DNA of 64,000 nt from Patescibacteria group bacterium (GTDB lineage: Bacteria > Patescibacteriota > Microgenomatia > UBA8517), in the NCBI GenBank assembly GCA_022868165.1, contig JALHYA010000008.1, forward strand, positions 38,444-102,443, written 5' to 3'. Under the pieces are notes generated by a model, which saw only the letters and a program-made list of their open reading frames with translations, had not been told where the DNA came from and searched no databases. Shown piece after piece: positions 29,131 through 38,469 of the stretch. Positions within the stretch are counted from its first letter, which is position 1. The number at the start of each line of letters is the position of its first letter. The translations under genes were made by a program, and so were the position numbers.

Positions 29131-30128
29131 TACAAAAGAACATCATCTAGTCTGTCTGAAAGAAAGTTCGGTTTCCACTTGGAAAATCTTTTCTCCATCT
29201 TGAAGGCATCACAATAAATAACACTATCTACCAGAAGAGACGCTCTCCAAAATAAATTGTAAAGACTCGGAGGTAAATAGTCCTCGGTTTTATAAATTAT
29301 TGGTCTAAATAAGGCTGCAAATTTCCAAAATAACAGAGGTAATTTTATTTGATGATACCTATAACCCATTCTTTTATACATCATTTGTGCAATTTTTTGC
29401 AGAGTTAACGACTCCGTACTAACGTTATACACTTCGCATTCTCCTGCCTTCGGTGGCCTTTCCGATGCCAATATTATTGCCCTGGCTGCATCTTCTACAT
29501 GAACAAAGCTTGAAAGCCCGGGCCAATTAAACCTTACTACAAAAGAATTCTTTTGTATCAACTTTCCTATAAAATCGAAGAAGCTATTTTTGCGAAAATT
29601 TTTACCATATACGGTTGGGTATCTTAGAACGGTTAACCTAAAGTTTTTTTCTTTACACGCTTTTTTGACAAACTCTTCGGCTATCAGTTTTGTTTTGGAG
29701 TATCCATTGGTAGGATTCGGGGTTAATTTCTCGTCAAATGGTCTTCTGCAATCTCTTCTACCGCTCATTATGGCGGTCGTGCTGATGTGAATAAAATGAG
29801 TTCGCGGTCCAAGTGTTTTTAAATACCGTAATAAATTTTTTGTCCCCTTATCGTTACAGTCGTAACTAGATGAACTTGTATCGGTGGCTCCTGCCAAATG
29901 AATAACTATTTTCGGAGCTTTATAGATGGTTCCCAGACCACTCTTGGTAACCAAATCTATTTTTTTCATTCTAACGCCCAATTTAGATAAAGTTTGCCTT
30001 CCTTTAATTTCCATCTCATTATTTTTATTCCACACAAGACACAAAATTGAAGAAGGTTTATGCTTTTCAACAAGGAGTGAAACTAATCTTTTTCCTATAA
30101 AGCCTGTAGCCCCGGTTACTATTATCAC
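29130..30128 (-). CDS. NAD-dependent epimerase/dehydratase (extended SDR)
   Basis: VTGATGFIG, HLAG, YSKTK (YxxxK) and RYPTVYG motifs. GTG start at 30128. Confidence 0.88.
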   Translation of the reverse strand: MIIVTGATGFIGKRLVSLLVEKHKPSSILCLVWNKNNEMEIKGRQTLSKLGVRMKKIDLVTKSGLGTIYKAPKIVIHLAGATDTSSSSYDCNDKGTKNLLRYLKTLGPRTHFIHISTTAIMSGRRDCRRPFDEKLTPNPTNGYSKTKLIAEEFVKKACKEKNFRLTVLRYPTVYGKNFRKNSFFDFIGKLIQKNSFVVRFNWPGLSSFVHVEDAARAIILASERPPKAGECEVYNVSTESLTLQKIAQMMYKRMGYRYHQIKLPLLFWKFAALFRPIIYKTEDYLPPSLYNLFWRASLLVDSVIYCDAFKMEKRFSKWKPNFLSDRLDDVLL

Positions 30129-30202
30129 GCTCGAAGTATAGCATAGCAATTTTGCTACTTTAATCCTTGAAAACGTTTTTGCTCAAATGTTACAATTCGT
30201 AG
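30129..30202. promoter_or_regulatory. Divergent extended -10 promoters, each 6 nt from a GTG start
   Basis: Minus strand: TGCTATACT-N6-GTG (30128). Plus strand: TGTTACAAT-N6-GTG (30203). Palindrome TAGCAA-tt-TTGCTA at 30144-30157. Confidence 0.6.
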
Positions 30203-30685
30203 GTGAAGATTCTTCTTAGACAAATAAAAATACTTCTGACTATTTTCCTCTCTCTATTTGCTTTTTCCCTTGTCTTTTCTAGGAACGCAGCTCCGGATTC
30301 GCCGTTCCTTTTTAAAGTGAGAAGGCTGCAAGAAAAAACTTTGATGTTCTTGAAATTTAGTCCCGAGAGCAAAGCCAAATATTATGAATTCCTTCTTGAA
30401 AGAAGACTAAAAGACCTTTCCACGGTCATAAGAGATGGAGAACCCTCTTTTATACTGTCTTCCTCTTTAAGATATTCAACAACGGCAGGACAGCTAACTG
30501 AGTTAATTCAAAAAAATAAAATGAAATCCGAAGTGGCATCGGTTTCAAGCATATTTAAAGAACACCAAAAGAGTTTGTCCGAGCTTATCAATTCATATCC
30601 CAAGGATAGAGACGGAGAGTGGAAATATATCCAGGACGACATTAATTATCTAGACACTTACTCCAGATATTTATTCGAATTATAA
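30203..30685 (+). CDS. Membrane-anchored helical protein, DUF5667-like
   Basis: N-terminal TM followed by APDSPFLFKVRRLQE...KAKYY...ERRL, resembling the DUF5667 'PDSPxYxxKxxxE' pattern. Confidence 0.6.
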   Translation: MKILLRQIKILLTIFLSLFAFSLVFSRNAAPDSPFLFKVRRLQEKTLMFLKFSPESKAKYYEFLLERRLKDLSTVIRDGEPSFILSSSLRYSTTAGQLTELIQKNKMKSEVASVSSIFKEHQKSLSELINSYPKDRDGEWKYIQDDINYLDTYSRYLFEL

Positions 30686-30704
30686 TCTTGTTTCAACAAC
30701 TACA

Positions 30705-32378
30705 ATGCAAAAAATAATTAGCCATTTTCTGCCGTTTCTGCTCTTTGTTTTTTTGGCAGGAACCTACTTTTTTGCTTTTTTATCTCAAAATTATGCAAAG
30801 GGAACTTTTGCTACCGATGAACCAGGGGTAGTCATATCTAGTTTAATCCCAAGCAGATCGTTAGCTGCTATTTTTAAAGATGCAGCTATCACCGCACAAC
30901 CACCATTGGAAAGCATTATTAGAGAAAAAATCTATGTTCCATTGGGGAAAGCCTTGGGAGTCAGTAAGATATATCCTGAGTTTTTTCACAGGTTTATATC
31001 CTTCCTGTGGTGGATTATTCCAATTGGTTACCTCTGCCTTCATTTTAAAGAGTTTTCCAGACAAAGAAAACTTACAATAACTTTTGCCTTTTTGTTAATT
31101 GTTAGTACGCCATTTATGAGGTTTTATCTCGCTGAAGCAAGACACTATTCCGCTATCGCCGCCACGTTCGCAACGATGCTGATTATTCTTTTAAGCGACA
31201 ATGTTACCTACTACCAATTAAGATATCGTTTTCTCGTCATATCCTTATTGCCCCCATTACTTCACATTATTTCCTTTCCCTATTGGTTCATCTTAGTTGT
31301 TTTCTTTTTTTATCGGCTAAAGCAAGAGTCTTTTCAAAAGCATAAGGCCCAATTCTTCGATTTGATTACAATCTATGGAATCTATCTTCCTTTTATAATA
31401 TGGATGTACTTTCAAATATCAAAAATTGCTGCTGACTGGCAACGCCCGGATCTAAAAAACATAAGCTTTAGTTTCATTAATATATATTTGAAGTGGACCA
31501 TCGATTGGATATTTTACCAGACCCCCCTTTACCCCATTTTCAAAATCATTCCAAATATATTAAAAAATAACCTTGTAACCCTTTTTGGCATTTTTTCGAT
31601 TCCCTCTTTTCTTTTACTAATTCGTAAAATCTTTCTTTATAATAACAAAGTTCTCGACGTTACGGCAATTTTCCCAATTATAATTACATTTATATGGCCC
31701 CTAACCATTGCCGCAGTAACATTCAGAAGCGGCTATTTCTCTGGAGAAAGATATTCAATTGCAATGCTAACGATTATTTTTTTCGGCCTCTCGAGTATTA
31801 CCTCCAAACTCTTATATAAAATCAAGAATAATAAGATCCGTCACCTTTCTATCTCTCTTGTATTTATTTTAATAGCCTTTTCCCTGTTCCCCAAAATAAT
31901 TTCGGCTAAATATTTCAATTTAGAAACAGCCGAAAACCGTTTTGTAAAAGAAAACAAAAATTTATTAATGGATGGCCGCAACTTTTTAATACTAGATAAT
32001 GGCGGGTATTCATCCTCCATCGCCACATTGGCAGTTATCTTCAATGTCCCTTTAAGAACTCATTACATTGCCTGCCGCGAAGGAACATTCTATTCCAACG
32101 GAAAAAACATTCTAAATGATTGGCTAAAAAGTCATTCCAAAGATAAAGTCTATTTCTTAACAACCGGGATGGATTTGGAAGGAAATAATAAAATAATCTG
32201 GGAATCAGGTCTTGAAAAATTATATCTTCTGGCCAGCTCTATCGGTACCTCCAGTCTTTGCAGTAACCTTGACACATTTGGAGAGTGTTACATGCGTTGT
32301 ACTAAAGGTTATGATCTTTCACCAGACGGACGAAGCATTCCGGGCACGGTATCCTGGCTGGGTATTTATCGCCCCTAA
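30705..32378 (+). CDS. Multi-pass membrane protein, probable GT-C glycosyltransferase
   Basis: FATDEP after TM1, QPPL, EARHYS (ExRxY) and ERYS motifs; Cys-rich C-terminal tail. Confidence 0.65.
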   Translation: MQKIISHFLPFLLFVFLAGTYFFAFLSQNYAKGTFATDEPGVVISSLIPSRSLAAIFKDAAITAQPPLESIIREKIYVPLGKALGVSKIYPEFFHRFISFLWWIIPIGYLCLHFKEFSRQRKLTITFAFLLIVSTPFMRFYLAEARHYSAIAATFATMLIILLSDNVTYYQLRYRFLVISLLPPLLHIISFPYWFILVVFFFYRLKQESFQKHKAQFFDLITIYGIYLPFIIWMYFQISKIAADWQRPDLKNISFSFINIYLKWTIDWIFYQTPLYPIFKIIPNILKNNLVTLFGIFSIPSFLLLIRKIFLYNNKVLDVTAIFPIIITFIWPLTIAAVTFRSGYFSGERYSIAMLTIIFFGLSSITSKLLYKIKNNKIRHLSISLVFILIAFSLFPKIISAKYFNLETAENRFVKENKNLLMDGRNFLILDNGGYSSSIATLAVIFNVPLRTHYIACREGTFYSNGKNILNDWLKSHSKDKVYFLTTGMDLEGNNKIIWESGLEKLYLLASSIGTSSLCSNLDTFGECYMRCTKGYDLSPDGRSIPGTVSWLGIYRP

Positions 32379-32379
32379 T

Positions 32380-34107
32380 TTACTTTAGAATAAGCCTTTC
32401 ATTAAACAACAGGCCATCAAGGTTACTTTCCATAAAAGTCTTATAGGCCGCCTCTGGCGTTCCCACGATCGGGTATCCGTGAAGATTGAAGGATGTATTA
32501 AGAATTGCCCCAACTCCGGTTTCATTCTTAAATTCTTTGATGATGGCATACCACCCTGGATTCCAGCTCTTGCACACCGTCTGGGGTCTTGCAGATAAAT
32601 CCTGTGGATGCAAAGCGGCGATGAAACTTCTGGCGGCAGGCTTTGTATCAAAAGCCTCTATCATATACGGGGAGGCTTTACTGTTTAAAAGATATCTTTC
32701 CATGTCTTCGCTAAGAATTGAGGCAGCAAAGGGCATCCAAAAATCTCTTTGTTTTATTGCTTGATTAATTTTTCTTACATTGTTAAGGCTTCTGGGATCG
32801 GCCATAATACTTCGATTACCCAAGGCTCTTGGCCCCCACTCGTCCCGACCTGAAAACCTCGCGATAATCTTCCCATTGGCAAGAAGCTTGGCTATTTTTT
32901 TAGGACTTACTCTTTTTGCTTTTTTGATTATATTTTTAGATTTCAAAAAATCGGAAATTTGCTCTTCAGTAAACTCCTGCCCATAATAAAGGTCTCTTAA
33001 TTTTGTTTTTCGAGGTTTAATCTTACTCTCTTTGCAATATCTATAGTATCCCTCCAGGGCTGCTCCTACCGGCGTGCCACCGTCATCGGCGGCAGGATAA
33101 AAAAAGGCACCTTTTACTTCCGGCAGTTCTCTAATTAATTTGTTAGCTTTAACGTTTAAAAACGAGCCACCTGCACAAACAACCCTGTTAACATTAGTCT
33201 CTCTAATAGCATTTTCAACCCACTCTATAACTAGCTGTTCGTGAAGCTCTTGTGTCGCTGCAGAAATATTATCAAATCTTTTTTCAGCTAAAATCTTTCT
33301 ATAGATAGGTTGAAGTTTCTTAAGATATTTCCCACTAATATTTTCAAATTCAAGCGGTTTTTTGGGATTTATTCTAATTATGTCTCTAAGTTCATCTATT
33401 ATGTACTCTGATCTTCCGTATGGTGCCAAACCCATAACTTTGTATTCGTGTTCCCAACGCTTTAATCCGAGATATCCAGTAATTTCAGAATAAAGGTTGT
33501 TGGACAAACTGTCATAAAAACTGGTCTCCGATATTCTTTTGATATTATTGCCTTCTCCCACACTAACAGTCGCCGATATGCCGTCTCCCATACCGTCAAG
33601 CGTTAAGATAAGTGATTTATCTTGCCAAGGTCTTTGATAATAAGCACATGCGGCGTGCGTTTGGTGGTGCTCAACAAAAATGATAGGTTTTTTCCTTATG
33701 TCCAACTTTTCAAATAAAGCATAGAGGCCCGGTCGTCCACGAAGCTTACCAAGCATTTTGACGGCAAGTTTCATAATCTTTGTATTATGAATGTGCGGTG
33801 CCACTAACTCCTGGACTGTATGTATGGGATTTTTCTCAACCTGAAGGGGGTTGCCCACTCTTAAATAACAGCCAACGGCAATAAGAGTAACATCTTCTGG
33901 TTTTAATCGCGCTATTTCGAACACCTTTTGAATAGCCAGTGCGGGTACACCAGAATAGTTCTTAATATTATTTAGTCTTTCCTCATTAATAGCGGCAATA
34001 ACAGCCCCGTTTAGTATAAGGGCGGCACCAGCATTGTGTCCGTCGTGAACACCAAGCACTAAAATGTCTCCTTTGCTTTTGCCAGATGTGGTTTGTTTAG
34101 ATTTCAT
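32380..34107 (-). CDS. O-carbamoyltransferase (NodU/CmcH/NovN family)
   Basis: GHNAGAA, EERLN, EHHQTHA, DGMGD, EYKVMGLAPYG, GPRALGNRS, RDFWMPFA and NTSFNLHG motifs. Confidence 0.93.
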   Translation of the reverse strand: MKSKQTTSGKSKGDILVLGVHDGHNAGAALILNGAVIAAINEERLNNIKNYSGVPALAIQKVFEIARLKPEDVTLIAVGCYLRVGNPLQVEKNPIHTVQELVAPHIHNTKIMKLAVKMLGKLRGRPGLYALFEKLDIRKKPIIFVEHHQTHAACAYYQRPWQDKSLILTLDGMGDGISATVSVGEGNNIKRISETSFYDSLSNNLYSEITGYLGLKRWEHEYKVMGLAPYGRSEYIIDELRDIIRINPKKPLEFENISGKYLKKLQPIYRKILAEKRFDNISAATQELHEQLVIEWVENAIRETNVNRVVCAGGSFLNVKANKLIRELPEVKGAFFYPAADDGGTPVGAALEGYYRYCKESKIKPRKTKLRDLYYGQEFTEEQISDFLKSKNIIKKAKRVSPKKIAKLLANGKIIARFSGRDEWGPRALGNRSIMADPRSLNNVRKINQAIKQRDFWMPFAASILSEDMERYLLNSKASPYMIEAFDTKPAARSFIAALHPQDLSARPQTVCKSWNPGWYAIIKEFKNETGVGAILNTSFNLHGYPIVGTPEAAYKTFMESNLDGLLFNERLILK

Positions 34108-35553
34108 TTAATATCCCAGAAATTGCCTGGATGGTATTGCTATCGTATTACTTCCTACTTTCCCTCCATATACTACCGATATTCCCCCGGGATAGAAAAC
34201 TTTAAAAAAATTGTTATTCGATAAAACATCTTTCAGAACTTGAGTAGGACTCCAAGGAAGAGTTGAATCGTCTTTGGTATCGTAAAAAACGATCGTTTTT
34301 CCTTTATAATTTTCGGCGTTTGTCTGAAAGTACACATAAACATTTTTGGCCGTTTTTGCGCCCTGTGTTATCCAATTCGTTTGATAGGTCAACCTGAGAG
34401 TCAAAATCGATAACAATAGCCAAATGGTTATCAGAAACAGATTTATGATTCTTGATTTAAGATTTATGATTAGATATCCGACTAACATAACTACACCCAC
34501 CAAAGGCAAAGTTAGATAGAAAGTGAATTTGTGCAAAGGCAGAAAAAGAACAGGAACCAAAGTTATAATGAACCACGCGACGCAAAAAAGAATCAAAATT
34601 GTAGATTTACGATTTAAGATTTTAGACTTAAAAGTTAAGAAAAAAATCGATACTGTTTCAACAACAAACAATATAAAAATCGGAATAATCTGACTGGACC
34701 AAAATTTAAAGAGATTGGGATTTAAATGCAGGCCCGGACCTACAAAATCCACCAGCATTTCCGGAAGATTAAATGACCAAAGACCATACCACCCCAATGT
34801 ATTAACGACCCTTTTTATTGAAAAGTCCCAAATATAGCTATCTCCTGTCGCAAATCCATAATGAAAAACCCGTAAATAAAAGTAGCCGGAAAGTATTAAG
34901 AAATAGGGCATGATTAGGCCGGCAAAACGCTTGACTGGTAAACCGGCTTTTTGGTTTCTGGAATAAAAAAATAACAACGTCAGGATGAAAGGCAAGACTA
35001 CTGCGGTTTCCTTGGACATTAGAGCCAAAATAAATGCGGCTATTGAAATCAAATAATAATTTAACCTTGTTTTTTGAAGAAAATCAAAAAAGTAAATTGA
35101 GGCAGCCAAGAAAAATAGTGCCAGCGACAATTCCTGAAAAGCTCCCGCGTAATAAAGGTGGGCAAAATGGGTAGCCGACGTTGCATAAAGAAATGCGGAG
35201 AGCAACGAGATTGTCTCGGATTTTGTTAGTCTTTTAACTAAAAGGTAGACAAGATAAATTATCAGGAAAAAGACGGCAAAAGAAATTAGCCGGTAACTAA
35301 TCGGTTCTAATCCGGATATTGTCCTCCCCAAAAAATAATAAACCTGAACAGACAGAGGCCTGTAATTCGGGAAACCGCCGGAAGAAGACAATAAGTTAAA
35401 GAAACTTAGGAAATCTTTTAGGTTTTGCGCTTTTGAAATAGCGAGGTGAAAAAAATCATCATTAGTAAAAAATGTCGAAAAGGCTGGATAAAAGAGAAGA
35501 AGAGAAATAAGAAATGTTAGGAAAAGATAATGTATGCTCTTAAAAATCCTCAT
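34108..35553 (-). CDS. GT-C fold membrane glycosyltransferase
   Basis: FTNDDFF, YRPL and ALMSKE motifs; multi-pass membrane protein. Confidence 0.72.
   Translation of the reverse strand: MRIFKSIHYLFLTFLISLLLFYPAFSTFFTNDDFFHLAISKAQNLKDFLSFFNLLSSSGGFPNYRPLSVQVYYFLGRTISGLEPISYRLISFAVFFLIIYLVYLLVKRLTKSETISLLSAFLYATSATHFAHLYYAGAFQELSLALFFLAASIYFFDFLQKTRLNYYLISIAAFILALMSKETAVVLPFILTLLFFYSRNQKAGLPVKRFAGLIMPYFLILSGYFYLRVFHYGFATGDSYIWDFSIKRVVNTLGWYGLWSFNLPEMLVDFVGPGLHLNPNLFKFWSSQIIPIFILFVVETVSIFFLTFKSKILNRKSTILILFCVAWFIITLVPVLFLPLHKFTFYLTLPLVGVVMLVGYLIINLKSRIINLFLITIWLLLSILTLRLTYQTNWITQGAKTAKNVYVYFQTNAENYKGKTIVFYDTKDDSTLPWSPTQVLKDVLSNNNFFKVFYPGGISVVYGGKVGSNTIAIPSRQFLGY
34440..34474 (+). repeat. 7-nt tandem array inside CDS
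   Basis: gatttat gattctt gatttaa gatttat gattaga; encodes LIINLKSRIINL on the minus strand. Confidence 0.75.
34604..34638 (+). repeat. 7-nt tandem array inside CDS
   Basis: gatttac gatttaa gatttta gacttaa aagttaa; encodes LTFKSKILNRKS. Confidence 0.7.
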
Positions 35554-36338
35554 TGGTTGTTTAACAAAAATATTGCCACTACCCTACCTATATTGTGTAA
35601 ATAGTGTAACAAAAGTAAAACAGGATTATCTGTATATTTTTCTACAATTTCTTCATCTTCTTTGAGGGTTTTTTTAAATGAGGAAGACGATATGGAACCC
35701 TCGCTAATCCTAAAGCTGGAAAGGTTTGATTTAAGAATCGCCGGCATTTGTACCCGACCGAGCTTTAGCCACAAATCATATTCCATCACAGCAGTTTTTG
35801 TTCCGGTAAACGGGCCATATTTTTTGTAGGCCTTTGAGCTTAGAAAAACCGAAGGCTGCATCAAGTAATTGACAATAAGCAACGATGGATAATGGTTAAT
35901 GGTTAATAGGTAATTTTTATACTTAGTGACCAAGGGAGATATCTTCTTGCCTTTACTGTCTATCATGTCTCCTCTTCCTGCCAACCAAAGAGTCTTTGGA
36001 TGATTGGCAAAATATTCGCCGACCTTTATCAACGCTCCTTTTTTGTAAACATCATCGGCGTTTATATATGCCAGAATAGCTCCCGTCGCCTTCTTCAACC
36101 CATTATTAATAGCATCAACCTGTCCCTTGTCTTTCTTAGATTCCCAACCGATAATTCTCGGGTATTTCGCGGCATACTTCTTAATTATCTCCACGGTTCC
36201 ATCTGTCGAGCCGCCATCTTGAACTATCACTTCCAGGTTTGGATATTTCTGGTCGGCGATTGATTGGAGAGTTGCCTCTATATATTTGACTTTATTGAAA
36301 GACGGAACAATCACGGAGATTTTCGGAAGGCTTCTCAT
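35550..36338 (-). CDS. GT2 glycosyltransferase (WcaE/WfgS-like)
   Basis: VPSFNK, QDGGSTDGT, DKGQVDAIN, YINADD and QPSVF motifs. Confidence 0.9.
   Translation of the reverse strand: MRSLPKISVIVPSFNKVKYIEATLQSIADQKYPNLEVIVQDGGSTDGTVEIIKKYAAKYPRIIGWESKKDKGQVDAINNGLKKATGAILAYINADDVYKKGALIKVGEYFANHPKTLWLAGRGDMIDSKGKKISPLVTKYKNYLLTINHYPSLLIVNYLMQPSVFLSSKAYKKYGPFTGTKTAVMEYDLWLKLGRVQMPAILKSNLSSFRISEGSISSSSFKKTLKEDEEIVEKYTDNPVLLLLHYLHNIGRVVAIFLLNNQ
35883..35917 (+). repeat. 7-nt tandem array inside CDS
   Basis: cgatgga taatggt taatggt taatagg taatttt; encodes KNYLLTINHYPS. Confidence 0.65.
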
Positions 36339-36341
36339 TCA

Positions 36342-36686
36342 TTATTTTCTTTTTGGAACCCTGACTCTGTTTTTCGCTTCTTTTCGAACAAATTCTTCAA
36401 ATTTTTTTTCAATATGTCTAGTTCTAATATATGAAGCCGAGGCAACATAAATTGCCAAAATAAGGCCGCCAACAACCATTAAATCAAAGACCCTGGATAT
36501 TGCAAAGGTTAGCGCAAAGGTTCTCAGTATCTCCGGAAAGATAATGGCAAAAATGGTACAAATCCAAATAATAACCCAGGATAATATTTCTACACTGTTA
36601 AGTTCCCTTCTTTTGTAATGAAGGAGAGCGAGATAGACCATCATCAAAGAAAAAAGGATGGCAACTATTTGTAAACCAATTATCAT
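36342..36686 (-). CDS. DUF2304 small membrane protein (GacJ-like)
   Basis: 114 aa with three TMs, W...FP...G/A-I-x-R-x-x-D pattern and a coiled C-terminal tail; directly downstream of a DPM1-like GT2. Confidence 0.78.
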   Translation of the reverse strand: MIIGLQIVAILFSLMMVYLALLHYKRRELNSVEILSWVIIWICTIFAIIFPEILRTFALTFAISRVFDLMVVGGLILAIYVASASYIRTRHIEKKFEEFVRKEAKNRVRVPKRK

Positions 36687-37342
36687 TTAAAAATCCTCCA
36701 GCGAATTACATCAAAAAAGATGCTGAATGCATCCAGAATTGTAACTCCCTTAACCTTGTCATAGTATAAAGTCGACACAGGCACTTCGCAATAATGCAGG
36801 CCTTTGCGAGCGGTTAGAATAGCTATCTCTGTTTCAACTCCATAACCTGTTGATTCCCAATTAAGCTTCTTAAAGGCTTTCCTCGTTATTGCTTTAAAAC
36901 CACAAATCAGGTCAGAAATATAAACTCCAAAAAGTAAAGATATTGTTACCGAGGCCATTTTATTACCGAGGTATCTGTCGACCGGAACCCCATACCCTAA
37001 ATTTCTTGAGCCGAAAACCACATCGTATTTACCCGATTTTAATTTCTCAATAAAAACATTTATATCTTCCGCTTTATGCTGGCCGTCGGAATCCATAAAA
37101 ATCACTGCGTCTGCACCCATATCAAAAGCCTCCTCCACACCGGTCTTTAACGCAGCTCCTTTGCCAAGGTTTACGCGATGTCGAAAAACGTAGGGAGTAT
37201 ACCTTCGTGCAATTTGATAGGTTTTGTCTGTTGAGCCATCGTCAACCACCACAACCGATTGTTTGGCCTTCCTTAACGAAGCAAGGACAGCACCAATCCT
37301 TTTCTCCTCATTATATGCCGGAACTACGACGAAAATTTTCAT
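36683..37342 (-). CDS. Soluble DPM1-like GT2 (GacI-like polyprenol-phosphate sugar synthase)
   Basis: VPAYNEE, NLGKGAAL, DSDGQH, GSR and DLICGFKA motifs. Confidence 0.87.
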   Translation of the reverse strand: MKIFVVVPAYNEEKRIGAVLASLRKAKQSVVVVDDGSTDKTYQIARRYTPYVFRHRVNLGKGAALKTGVEEAFDMGADAVIFMDSDGQHKAEDINVFIEKLKSGKYDVVFGSRNLGYGVPVDRYLGNKMASVTISLLFGVYISDLICGFKAITRKAFKKLNWESTGYGVETEIAILTARKGLHYCEVPVSTLYYDKVKGVTILDAFSIFFDVIRWRIFK

Positions 37343-38469
37343 GCAATCCAGTAGCCTCGCACGAAAAGCGAGGTTGCTACGGCAAGTGTAGCAAAAAGAA
37401 GCAGATATACCAGAAGTTTGACCGTTTTATGCTGTTTGGAAAGCCACAGGGCCATAAGGAGAAATCCCGGGAAAAGAATTAAAGCATACCGGGGAAAAGA
37501 AGAAAAGCTGCCGGCGAGACTCGGAATAAGAAATCCTAAGGCCAGATACACAGAATAGCTTAATCTAAGTCTAAGAAAAGAAAGAACGGAAAGAACCAAA
37601 AACAAAATAGCGGTAATAATTTCAAGATACGTACTGAATACGACCGGAAAATATGAATAATTCAGACTGGGCAATATTTTAAAGAAGTACCTATAAAAAA
37701 CTTGGGGAAAAAGCACGAAATTCGAAGAACGCTGTGCTCCGAAAATGCCAACCGTATGTAAAAAATTCAGCGGATCACCCGTGACTATATATAAATAATG
37801 CATATAGATTCCAAGTCCCAAAGGAACAAGAAAAATCCAGACAACCAATAGCCAAGATTTTCTGCGGGCCTGCCACCATTCCACAAGCAAAGCAGGAAAA
37901 AGCGCCAGTCCCAAAATTCGGGTCAGAGAAGATAATCCACCCAAAGTTCCCGACCAGAACCATCTTGATTTTCTGGCAAAATAAAATGACCAAGCCGCTA
38001 AAGCAAAAAATAAAGACTCCGTGTAATAACTTCCGAAATAAAACGAGGTCGGAAAAAGAAGAGTCAAGAAAATTGTTGTAACCGCTATCTCCTTCTCATA
38101 ATCAAGTCGGACAAGTTTCCACAAACCGACCAATCCGGCCAAAAAAGCTACGTTGGAAATCACAAGACCCGAAATGGCTAGGTTTATGAAAGAATGACCA
38201 AAAGACAGAAATCTTGCCAACAGCGGGAACAGAGGGAAAAAGAAGTATGTTAACGGCTGATAGCCCTGATAAGAAATTGCTAAGTAATGTTCTCCGTCAA
38301 AGTTGAGCCAGGACCAAAACCACGGGGCAGAAGGATAATTGGCCAGTCCCCCACCCAGAAAATTTTTCTGCAGCGTCAAAAATAGCGGCGCAAGAAAAAC
38401 AAAAAGAATCAGAAGTGCTCTCCAGGAAAGAAAACTTAACAACAACAATTTAATTTCTTTCTTCGTCAT
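37339..38469 (-). CDS. PIG-V-like mannosyltransferase (GT76-like, GT-C)
   Basis: WLNFDGEHYLAISYQGY, FFPLFP, YYTESLF, TR and SFPRY motifs match PIG-V/Mannosyl_trans2. Confidence 0.8.
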   Translation of the reverse strand: MTKKEIKLLLLSFLSWRALLILFVFLAPLFLTLQKNFLGGGLANYPSAPWFWSWLNFDGEHYLAISYQGYQPLTYFFFPLFPLLARFLSFGHSFINLAISGLVISNVAFLAGLVGLWKLVRLDYEKEIAVTTIFLTLLFPTSFYFGSYYTESLFFALAAWSFYFARKSRWFWSGTLGGLSSLTRILGLALFPALLVEWWQARRKSWLLVVWIFLVPLGLGIYMHYLYIVTGDPLNFLHTVGIFGAQRSSNFVLFPQVFYRYFFKILPSLNYSYFPVVFSTYLEIITAILFLVLSVLSFLRLRLSYSVYLALGFLIPSLAGSFSSFPRYALILFPGFLLMALWLSKQHKTVKLLVYLLLFATLAVATSLFVRGYWIA

